Shown here piece by piece: positions 1 through 7,476 of a stretch of DNA of 11,980 nt. The notes beneath the pieces were generated by a model, which was not told the origin of the DNA, did no database searches, and saw nothing but the letters and a program-made list of their open reading frames with translations. Location: NCBI GenBank assembly GCA_048885865.1, contig JBHLLF010000069.1, forward strand, positions 1-11,980, in the 5' to 3' direction. The translations under genes were made by a program, and so were the position numbers. Source of the DNA: Candidatus Hermodarchaeota archaeon. Its GTDB lineage: Archaea; Asgardarchaeota; Thorarchaeia; Thorarchaeales; Thorarchaeaceae. Within the stretch, counting starts at the first letter, position 1. Each line of letters begins with the position of its first letter.

Positions 1-2940
1 TCAGTGCGGTTAATCCTCCTTCGAGCCGATAACAGCACATACCTCGCAGAAGTCAATGGAACAGTCATTCGTGATTCAGATGGAACGCCTGAAAGCTTCG
101 TGGTCGTTGTGCGGGATATTACAGGCAGGCAAAAGATAGAGATGGAACTGCGTGAGTCAGAAGGCAAGTATAGAGCTCTTGCAGAGCAGTCGCTTCAAGG
201 GCTAGCAATAATGGCAGGAGATGGTGTTGTATACTGCAATCAGACCTACGCGGACATCATGGGTCGTTCAGTTGAGGAAATTATTGACGGAGACGTAGGT
301 TCTGGGATTTGGGATGTTATACATTCTGATGACCGCGAACGACTCAGAGAACGATACACAGAATACATGAAAGGCGGAAAGCGATTAGGCAGCACAAAAT
401 ACCGCATCCTTCGCCCTGATGGCGAGATTAGGTGGGTTGAGTCCTTTGTAAGTATCATCGATTATGCTGGCAGTCAGGCGATGCAGTCCTCAATCATCGA
501 CATAACCGAGAAACATCAAGCGTCAGAAGCACAGAAGCGGGCAGAGGAGGCTCTTCGGGGCGAGAGGGACAGGGCTCAGCTCTATTTGGACATGGCAGGA
601 GTGATATTTCTTGTTCTCAACAGAGAAGGCAAAATTACTCTCCTTAATAGGAAAGGATGCGAGGTCTTTTCATGTAGTCCTAAAGAGGTCCTAGGATCAA
701 GCTGGTTCGAGCTGGTGCCTGAAAGGGAAAGAATCGAGGTACGTGCAGCCTTCAACCAGTTGATGGCGGGTAGTCTTGAGGAGATTGAAAGGCAAGAGAG
801 GCACATCGTCACATTCAATGATGAGGAAAGACTGATTGAATGGAGTTCTGTCGCCCTCAAAGATGATGAAGGGCAGATTATCGGTCTCATCAGTTCAGGG
901 GAAGACATCACTGAGAAGCGCTGGGCTGAAACTGCTCTCAAAGAGTCTGAAGAGAGATATAGAACACTGGTTCAATCAATGCAAGATCTAGTGTTTGTCT
1001 ATAATGATAAGGATAGAAATGTTGAGTTTTATGGAGCCGAAACGCAATACCTTGTTGCACCACCTGAAGAGTTCCTTGGTAGGCACATCAAAGAGATTCT
1101 TCCTGCCGAAATGGCTGACGCCTACCTAGAAAATGTTCAGGCGGTCCGAAGTTCTGGTGAAAGCAGGACTTATGATTATCCCCTTGAGGTGGAAGGGATT
1201 CGATATTGGTTTTCAGCTAAGATGAGCAGACATGAAGACGAAAAAAGCGTGATATCTGTTGTTCGTGATATCACGGCGCGCGTAATGGCTGAGGAAACGG
1301 TCAAACGAGAAAGAAGAGCTTTCAAACTTATTGCAGAAGCAGCAGTCTATTCCAAATCAGTTGATGACTTGTGCAGTCAAGTTCTTTCAGGACTAATCGA
1401 AACGCTTGGATTCGATAAAGGCTCAGTAAGCATCCCAAATCAAAATGAGTCGGAACTTGTCACGATTTCACGAATTGGTATGAAGGATGAGTTGCTCACG
1501 GACTCTATGCCACTCGATCCTGATGCCGGTAGGAGATTCGTTATATCAAATGTAGCATTGAATAAGAAGCCGGTTTTTGCTCCAGACATTACTGTGGATG
1601 AGTCTCTGGATTCTTTCCAGGACTGGCTAAGGGAATTGGAAATTCGGTCAGCAATAGTCTGGCCTCTGTTGGACAGCAAGAAAGAGTTGTTGGCTGTACT
1701 GGGCATCGCCTCGAAGGACAAACAAGAGATGGAAGAGGAGGCACGAATATTCTTTGAAATTGTCGCAGATATGTTTGCTCAAGTTCTTGAGAAGCTGAAA
1801 TCACAGGAAGCGCTCGCGGAAGCCGAAGAGAAGTTCCGTAGCATCTTCAATGAGATACCAATTGGACTGCAGCTTTTGGAACAGGATGTGGAGGGAAACC
1901 TCCGACTAATTGAGGTCAACCAAGCGATTGATTCAATTTTGGGATTTCCGAGTACTCCTCTACTAGGGAGAAAATTGGAGGAAATAGCAGCAAGTCACCA
2001 AAGGGAGCAAGTTATCGAGATGTGTCAGACGGTCGTGAAGGAGGAAAGACCATGGCATACAGAAGATGTGATAGTTGAAGATGACCAAGTGATAAGGGCG
2101 GCCAAAACAAGTATCTTCCCAGTACTTCCTGGCATGATAGCGGTTTCGTATCTAGACCTAACAGAAAGGGTTCGTGCAGAGAGAGAAGTAAGAAGACTCA
2201 ACGAACAGCTAAACCAGCTGGTGGAGGAGCGGACTGCTGAATTGGCTTCAGCCAATAAAGAACTGGAAGCATTTGCATACACGGTGTCTCACGATCTAAG
2301 AGCCCCACTGCGTACAATGGATGGATTCAGCCAAGCATTATTGGAGGACTATAAAGAAACCCTTGATGATACGGGGAAGGACTACCTAGAACGGATTAGA
2401 CGCGCAGCGAAAAGAATGGCGGGTCAGATTGATGATATTCTCGACCTCTCAAGAGTTACGAGATTGGAAATGGACAGAGTTTCGGTCAATCTATCGCTGA
2501 TGGCTGAAGAAGTGATTAAGGATTTGAGGGAGAGCGATCCCAGTAGGAACCCAAAGATTGTCATTCAGGAAGGATTGAGGAATAGATGTGACAGACGTTT
2601 AATGAGAGCGGCACTCCAAAATCTCTTGAGCAATGCATGGAAATTCACCTCTTCAGTGGATGACCCAATAATCGAATTCGGGTCAGTTGACGTCGAAAGC
2701 GAATCAGTATATTATGTGAAAGACAATGGAGCAGGATTTGAGATGGAATTTGCCGAAAAACTGTTTAAGCCGTTCCAACGTCTACATAAGGCTGACGAGT
2801 TCGAAGGCTCAGGTATAGGACTGGCAACTGTGGAACGGGCTATCAGTCGACACGGAGGCAGAATCTGGGCAGAAGGAGAAACAGGCAAAGGTGCAACATT
2901 CTATTTCACACTCAGAAAGAAATCGGAGGACTCCAATTGA
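1..2940 (+). CDS. Multi-PAS/GAF sensor histidine kinase with bacteriophytochrome(Cph1)-type HisKA/HATPase transmitter; 5'-partial
   Basis: Frame is open from base 1 and starts inside a PAC segment (VVRDITG), so the gene begins upstream. Repeated PAS/PAC ends (RDIT, IDIT, EDIT, RDIT, LDLT); GAF-like region ~1321-1795; coiled coil; H-box ELEAFAYTVSHDLRAPLR (His codon 2290-2292); N-box LQNLLSNAWKF; G1 DNGAGF; F-box LFKPFQRLH; G2 GSGIGL; GKGATFYF. No TM segment in the visible part. Confidence 0.95.
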   Translation, partial: SVRLILLRADNSTYLAEVNGTVIRDSDGTPESFVVVVRDITGRQKIEMELRESEGKYRALAEQSLQGLAIMAGDGVVYCNQTYADIMGRSVEEIIDGDVGSGIWDVIHSDDRERLRERYTEYMKGGKRLGSTKYRILRPDGEIRWVESFVSIIDYAGSQAMQSSIIDITEKHQASEAQKRAEEALRGERDRAQLYLDMAGVIFLVLNREGKITLLNRKGCEVFSCSPKEVLGSSWFELVPERERIEVRAAFNQLMAGSLEEIERQERHIVTFNDEERLIEWSSVALKDDEGQIIGLISSGEDITEKRWAETALKESEERYRTLVQSMQDLVFVYNDKDRNVEFYGAETQYLVAPPEEFLGRHIKEILPAEMADAYLENVQAVRSSGESRTYDYPLEVEGIRYWFSAKMSRHEDEKSVISVVRDITARVMAEETVKRERRAFKLIAEAAVYSKSVDDLCSQVLSGLIETLGFDKGSVSIPNQNESELVTISRIGMKDELLTDSMPLDPDAGRRFVISNVALNKKPVFAPDITVDESLDSFQDWLRELEIRSAIVWPLLDSKKELLAVLGIASKDKQEMEEEARIFFEIVADMFAQVLEKLKSQEALAEAEEKFRSIFNEIPIGLQLLEQDVEGNLRLIEVNQAIDSILGFPSTPLLGRKLEEIAASHQREQVIEMCQTVVKEERPWHTEDVIVEDDQVIRAAKTSIFPVLPGMIAVSYLDLTERVRAEREVRRLNEQLNQLVEERTAELASANKELEAFAYTVSHDLRAPLRTMDGFSQALLEDYKETLDDTGKDYLERIRRAAKRMAGQIDDILDLSRVTRLEMDRVSVNLSLMAEEVIKDLRESDPSRNPKIVIQEGLRNRCDRRLMRAALQNLLSNAWKFTSSVDDPIIEFGSVDVESESVYYVKDNGAGFEMEFAEKLFKPFQRLHKADEFEGSGIGLATVERAISRHGGRIWAEGETGKGATFYFTLRKKSEDSN

Positions 2941-3386
2941 CCGACGATAGAATCCTCCTCGTGGAAGATAATCGAGACGATGTGCTCCTCACTAAGAGGG
3001 CCTTGGAAAAGGCGAACATCGCCAACCAAGTTGATGTAGCAAACGATGGTATGGAGGCTCTGGAGTACTTGAAGGGAGAAGGGAAATTCAGCAGCCGTGA
3101 TACAAGAGAGATTCCAATGGTAATCCTTCTCGATCTCAAGATGCCGCGGATGGGCGGCCTTGAGTTTCTCAAAGCAATAAGGAATTCAGAGGAATTCAAG
3201 CTTCTTCCAACAGTCATTTTGACATCGTCCAAAGAAGAGCAGGACATCATAGAGAGCTACAATCTTGGAGCTAATAGCTATATACAGAAGCCTGTGGACT
3301 TCGACCAGTTTGTGCAGGCAGTCCAGACACTTGGTCTATATTGGCTGCTCCTAAATGTCAGTCCCAAAGGAGGCTCTGGCAAGTGA
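2937..3386 (+). CDS. Single-domain response regulator, Rcp1-like REC subfamily
   Basis: ILLVEDN acidic pocket, phosphoacceptor LLDLKMP (Asp66, codon 3132-3134), VILTSS, GANSYIQKPVDF, C-terminal YWLLLN typical of Rcp1-like receivers. TTG start overlaps the kinase TGA (TTGA); GGAGGA at 2925-2930. Confidence 0.95.
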   Translation: MTDDRILLVEDNRDDVLLTKRALEKANIANQVDVANDGMEALEYLKGEGKFSSRDTREIPMVILLDLKMPRMGGLEFLKAIRNSEEFKLLPTVILTSSKEEQDIIESYNLGANSYIQKPVDFDQFVQAVQTLGLYWLLLNVSPKGGSGK

Positions 3387-4816
3387 CAAATTGGATTCGC
3401 ATCCTCCTGATAGAGGATTCAGAGGATGATGCAATCCTAATAGAACGTGAATTAAAGAAAGGTGGCTACAGCCCTGAGATTCATCGTGTATGGACCGATG
3501 AAGCGATGAGAAAAGCACTTGAATCAGACGTATGGGACCTAGTCCTCTGCGATTATATGTTGCCTGATTTCAGCACGGAGGAAGCGCTTGAACAGGTCAG
3601 GGCACGTAAACGGGACATTCCATTCATCATAGTGTCAGGAGCCATCTCCGAAGATGTAGCTGTGCGGATGATGAAGGCTGGCGTCCATGATTATCTCAAG
3701 AAGGACAACCTGGCCAGATTGGTTCCGGCAATCCAACGAGAAATCAAGGAGGCTGAAATTCGTCAGAACCAGCGAGAGGCCGAAGAATCTCTCCGCGAAT
3801 CGGAAATGAAACATCGGATGCTTGTGAAATCACTTCGTGACATCGTATTCGTCTTAGACACCGACGGGAATATCTCAGAGTACTACTCTGCAAGAGGACT
3901 TCGTGCGGAACTGGATCCCACACAATTTCAAGGCAGGTGGATAGGAGAACTCATGCCAGCTGAAGTAACAGAACTCTATATGTCAAACCTCGAAAAGGTT
4001 CAGACTGATTCGACTGCACGCAGCTTCGAGTTCTTGATAGATGATGATGAGAGGCGCGCCTACTGGACAACACTGAGTCCACACGAGGATGGGAGCCGAA
4101 TAGTTGCAGTAGTTCATGATGTCACAGAGCTCAAGAGAGTCGAGGAAGAGCTTCGCGCAACAAGCAATATTGCCACGCTTTACTTGGACATTTTGCAGCA
4201 TGACATCAGAAACCAGCTCCAAGCTATAAAGATTGGTACAGAGCTCCTGATGCAGGAACGCAGCCCTGAACGAGATCCCAGGGTCCTCGGGGAAATAGCA
4301 AGTTCTGTGGAACGCTGCGATGAGTTGATTGCCGCTGTACATGCCACGAGAGACCTACTTCAAGAGCCCTTAAGAAGAGTTTCACTCTGCCGGACACTGA
4401 TAGATTGCGTTCAGGAGTTTCAGGAGAAACAAGAAGGCGTTGTCGTAGAAATTGACTGTAAGGTGACTGAAGCCAATGTGAGGGCTGACAAATACATTCG
4501 ACTCTTGTTGTTCAATATCTTGGAAAATGCAGTGAGACATAGCAAAGAAGAGGAAACACACATCTGGGTAAGTCTTGAAGCTCATGAGGATGAGTACGAG
4601 GTCAGGATATCAGATGATGGTCCTGGTATCAAGGACGAAATGAAGAGGACACTCTTCGATCCTAATAGACGATTCGGAGGAGTTGGAATCCACCAAGCAT
4701 GTCAAATTGCAGAGAAATACGGTGGAGCCATAGAGGTCACTGATCGAATAAAAGGTGATTGGACTAGTGGAGCTAAATTCAAGGTCTGGTTCCCAAGATT
4801 GTCTAATGAAGTCTAA
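3383..4816 (+). CDS. Hybrid REC-PAS-histidine kinase (477 aa)
   Basis: Start revised from 3341 to GTG 3383: it overlaps the upstream TGA (GTGA), follows AGGAGG at 3368-3373, and REC begins immediately (IRILLIEDSEDD, DLVLCDYMLP, IIVSG, HDYLKKDNL). One PAS (~3797-4126); H-box LYLDILQHDIRNQLQ; N-box LFNILENAVRH; G1 DDGPGI; short lid with FGGVGI; GAKFKVWFP. Confidence 0.92.
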   Translation: MTNWIRILLIEDSEDDAILIERELKKGGYSPEIHRVWTDEAMRKALESDVWDLVLCDYMLPDFSTEEALEQVRARKRDIPFIIVSGAISEDVAVRMMKAGVHDYLKKDNLARLVPAIQREIKEAEIRQNQREAEESLRESEMKHRMLVKSLRDIVFVLDTDGNISEYYSARGLRAELDPTQFQGRWIGELMPAEVTELYMSNLEKVQTDSTARSFEFLIDDDERRAYWTTLSPHEDGSRIVAVVHDVTELKRVEEELRATSNIATLYLDILQHDIRNQLQAIKIGTELLMQERSPERDPRVLGEIASSVERCDELIAAVHATRDLLQEPLRRVSLCRTLIDCVQEFQEKQEGVVVEIDCKVTEANVRADKYIRLLLFNILENAVRHSKEEETHIWVSLEAHEDEYEVRISDDGPGIKDEMKRTLFDPNRRFGGVGIHQACQIAEKYGGAIEVTDRIKGDWTSGAKFKVWFPRLSNEV

Positions 4817-5271
4817 GAGGCTTTTGACTCAAAACAGCCCATAGAACCAATACTCTCACTCACACAGACCTTCACACCATATCTTTCGGGGAGGTCCATC
4901 TGGGATGCAATATACTCTGCAAGTCGTTCAGCTGTTGTTGCATCAACGGGCAATATGAAACAGTCTTCCCTGGGAAAGACATAGCGTTTGCCGCTCACTG
5001 TCACTTCATATGAGAAATCACTATCATCCACCTCGATGGATTTTGACTTGTTGGGCAGCAAGGTCTTATGATCAAGTCGCTCGCATATCTGAATCGCCTT
5101 TTTCTTAATATCCCTGAAATCCATTACCATGCCTTCTGAATCAAGTGGCCCTGTAACAGTGATATCAACGAAGTAGTTATGTCCATGGAGGGTTTCGCAA
5201 TAATCAGCACCAATGACGAAATGGGCAGAACTGAAATGCAGCCGCTGATCGTTCACCCTAATACTATGCAT
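4813..5271 (-). CDS. queD: 6-carboxy-5,6,7,8-tetrahydropterin synthase / PTPS family (QueD)
   Basis: FSSAHF, CETLHGHNY (catalytic Cys plus Zn-binding His), GMVMDF, RLDH, TTAERLA, VSES motifs of the T-fold PTPS family; GGAGTGA SD 6 nt upstream of the ATG. Confidence 0.88.
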   Translation of the reverse strand: MHSIRVNDQRLHFSSAHFVIGADYCETLHGHNYFVDITVTGPLDSEGMVMDFRDIKKKAIQICERLDHKTLLPNKSKSIEVDDSDFSYEVTVSGKRYVFPREDCFILPVDATTAERLAEYIASQMDLPERYGVKVCVSESIGSMGCFESKAS

Positions 5272-5334
5272 CCGATGTCACTCCATCTATTGCACAGGAA
5301 GGACTTGCTTCTAAAACTGTCGGACTCGCATCCT

Positions 5335-7089
5335 TTAGCCTCTACTTCGCTGTCTGTCAAAGAGCTCAATTAGCTCATGCACGGACGTAGCCTGACGAGG
5401 ATCCTTGTCGTCCCTCCATCGACCCGTGAATCTTGGGAATCGTATCGCGAGTCCTCCATCCTTGATTTGGCGCTTGCCTGCGGGGTGGATAGGACTGATA
5501 GTAATCTCGTCGCCAAGAACCTCAATTACCTCTTCAGGATTGAACCAGACTTCAGCATCCATTTCTGACTCAACCTTAGGACTCCGTGTTTCCAACTTGT
5601 GCCGATCCAGTCGCTCCTTGAACTCGCTCAACATTGCATCAGTAAATCCAGTCCCAATTTTGCAGACAGTTGGGAATGTATCTGAATCTTCATCGTAGAC
5701 TGAAGTCAGAATTGCCCCATATAGACCAGTTCTCTTTCCCCGTCCGTGGAATGCACCAACAACAACTAGGTCCACGGAATCAGACATCCCTGCTTGGTAT
5801 GATGCCTTCAACTTGATCCATAACCAGCTTCGAGATCCTGCTTGGTACGTTGAGTTCTCATGTACGGCTTTTGCAATGACTCCTTCATGACCTGCTTCAA
5901 TAGCATTGGTGAATATCTCATCAAGTCGCTCTGGGTCAGAAGTCAACTCACCAACTGTCAGTGAAACTCTATCACTCTTTTCGACCGTCTTCTCAAGCAG
6001 TTCTCTTCTCTTGCTCATTGAAAGAGCTGTTACATCCTTGCCTTCGTGGAACAGTATGTCGAAGAAATAGACTGCAACAGGGACCTCCTCGCTCATCTCA
6101 TCGATGTCTGTCTTTCTTCTACGCCTCATGAGTTCCTGAAATGGACGACTTCGTCCTGTTTCAAGATCTATTGCAACACATTCCCCCTCAAGGACACAGG
6201 TTTCAGCCCTAATTTGAGTTCTTACCAGTTCAACGACATCAGGATACTGTCCTGTGATTACTTCTTGGCGCCTTGAGAATAGAATAACGTCATCACCATT
6301 CTTATGCACCTGAACTCTTTCGCCATCATATTTGTACTCAACTAGAACCTTAGGTCCAGCCTTCTCGATTATCTCACTTGAGTCGGAGAGCTTCTTTGCG
6401 GCCATCATTCTAATTGGCCGGCCAACTGTAGTCTTGACCTTCCTAACCGCGTCAATCCCTTCAGTTGCGAGGGTTCGTGCAACAGCTGTTAGGTCGCTGC
6501 AGACATTGAATGCGTTCTCTATTGTTTCACGTGCCTCTTTCCCGCCTGCGAATGCCATCGCTAGAGAGTCCATAACACCCATGTATCCAAGCCCCAACCT
6601 GAGCTGCCCAGTAATTGTACGCAGTATATATTTGGCTTCAAGAGGTGATGAGTCAGATAGGAGACCTACAAGCTTAGCTGTCTTGTCCTTTGCACTGCCT
6701 TTGCCACTGATACGTGACATCGCGTCAAGAGTGTCATAAACGAGCTGGACTGTCAATTCTTCTGCGAAGAGAGAAGTCTGTCCGCCTTCGTGCAACAAAG
6801 ATTCAGCTGCAGCGCCAATATCACCAATCTCTCTCAGTTTCTCCTTGACCAAGCTCTCTCTGACGGAAGCGGCCGCCGCAACAACTTGAACGGCCATCTT
6901 TTCCGCAATCCCGATTTCAGGCTCCCCAGCCCAATCTGGGTGGAGCTTAGCTATCGTTAGCGCCACAATTCTATCGACTTCCATAGGATCCGCTTTTTCC
7001 AATAGCTCAGAGAAGAGTCGTGTCTTCTCAAGAGTGCCCGCTGTGGCTTCAATTTCCTCATACGCAAGAGCAAGAGTTTCGTAATGCAT
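5335..7089 (-). CDS. lig: Archaeal ATP-dependent DNA ligase (584 aa)
   Basis: Motif I EYKYDGER, III LEGECV, IIIa YFFDIL, IV EGVIAK, V WLWIKLK, VI IRFPRF; N-terminal DNA-binding domain (EAKYILRTITGQLRLG). Start revised from 7140 to ATG 7089 (MHYETLALAYEEIEAT resembles archaeal ligase N-termini and removes the overlap with the divergent promoter region). Confidence 0.97.
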   Translation of the reverse strand: MHYETLALAYEEIEATAGTLEKTRLFSELLEKADPMEVDRIVALTIAKLHPDWAGEPEIGIAEKMAVQVVAAAASVRESLVKEKLREIGDIGAAAESLLHEGGQTSLFAEELTVQLVYDTLDAMSRISGKGSAKDKTAKLVGLLSDSSPLEAKYILRTITGQLRLGLGYMGVMDSLAMAFAGGKEARETIENAFNVCSDLTAVARTLATEGIDAVRKVKTTVGRPIRMMAAKKLSDSSEIIEKAGPKVLVEYKYDGERVQVHKNGDDVILFSRRQEVITGQYPDVVELVRTQIRAETCVLEGECVAIDLETGRSRPFQELMRRRRKTDIDEMSEEVPVAVYFFDILFHEGKDVTALSMSKRRELLEKTVEKSDRVSLTVGELTSDPERLDEIFTNAIEAGHEGVIAKAVHENSTYQAGSRSWLWIKLKASYQAGMSDSVDLVVVGAFHGRGKRTGLYGAILTSVYDEDSDTFPTVCKIGTGFTDAMLSEFKERLDRHKLETRSPKVESEMDAEVWFNPEEVIEVLGDEITISPIHPAGKRQIKDGGLAIRFPRFTGRWRDDKDPRQATSVHELIELFDRQRSRG

Positions 7090-7129
7090 TAGCTTATCGC
7101 CGCTCCCAAACGAGGTAGGCACCACATGC

Positions 7130-7136
7130 TTTATAT
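7130..7136. promoter_or_regulatory. Putative TATA box between divergent lig and rps17e
   Basis: TTTATAT on +, ATATAAA on -; the only strong TATA-like element in the 96-bp intergenic region, 40 nt from the lig start and 49 nt from the rps17e start. Confidence 0.55.
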
Positions 7137-7173
7137 TCATACTCTAGGGCACGATGTTTCAGTCACATCACAC

Positions 7174-7178
7174 GGTGA
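7174..7178 (+). promoter_or_regulatory. Shine-Dalgarno site of rps17e
   Basis: GGTGA 7 nt upstream of TTG 7186; matches the archaeal GGAGGTGA consensus. Confidence 0.7.
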
Positions 7179-7185
7179 GTTAGAA

Positions 7186-7434
7186 TTGGGTAGCGTAAGA
7201 CCACGATACATCAAAAATGCAGCAAGAACGTTGCTTCAGTTGTACCCAGACACCTTTACCGAGGATTTTGAGAGCAACAAGAGACTTGTAGAACAGCTCA
7301 CCGACGTCAAGACCAAGAAGGTACGGAATAGGATTGCTGGATATCTTGTCAGACTCGTGAAGATCGGCATTGCTCGTGAAGCTGCTGAAAGCGAAGAGCA
7401 TGGCGAAGAGCTTCCAGAAGACCTTGAGATGTAG
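7186..7434 (+). CDS. rps17e: 30S ribosomal protein eS17 (S17e), 82 aa
   Basis: MGSVRPRYIK...YPDTFTEDFESNK...TKKVRNRIAGY signature. Start revised to TTG 7186, which gives the conserved MG-x-VR N-terminus, with GGTGA SD at 7174-7178. Confidence 0.96.
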   Translation: MGSVRPRYIKNAARTLLQLYPDTFTEDFESNKRLVEQLTDVKTKKVRNRIAGYLVRLVKIGIAREAAESEEHGEELPEDLEM

Positions 7435-7435
7435 A

Positions 7436-7450
7436 TTCCACTTTTCCTTC
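7436..7450 (+). terminator. Possible pyrimidine/U-rich archaeal terminator after rps17e
   Basis: TTCCACTTTTCCTTC directly after the TAG, in the 42-bp convergent gap. Confidence 0.35.
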
Positions 7451-7476
7451 GAGTCCCCATTCTACAAACATCGCAT

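Noticed and set aside
1321-1795. Bilin-binding phytochrome GAF
   Set aside because: No PASDIP or CH motif and no following PHY domain.
3341-3382. ORF-track N-terminal extension of the hybrid kinase
   Set aside because: It overlaps the response regulator's last codons; GTG 3383 has an SD, a stop/start overlap and begins at the REC domain.
2938-3386. Selenocysteine or other readthrough at the TGA stops fusing the operon genes
   Set aside because: Downstream genes are in different frames with their own SD and start codons, and each domain is complete before its stop.
5272-5334. preQ1 riboswitch upstream of queD
   Set aside because: No preQ1-type stem-loop with an A-rich 3' tail is visible in this short spacer.
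7090-7185. Apparent head-to-head overlap of lig (7140) and rps17e (7126)
   Set aside because: Artefact of longest-ORF starts; family-like N-termini begin at 7089 and 7186.
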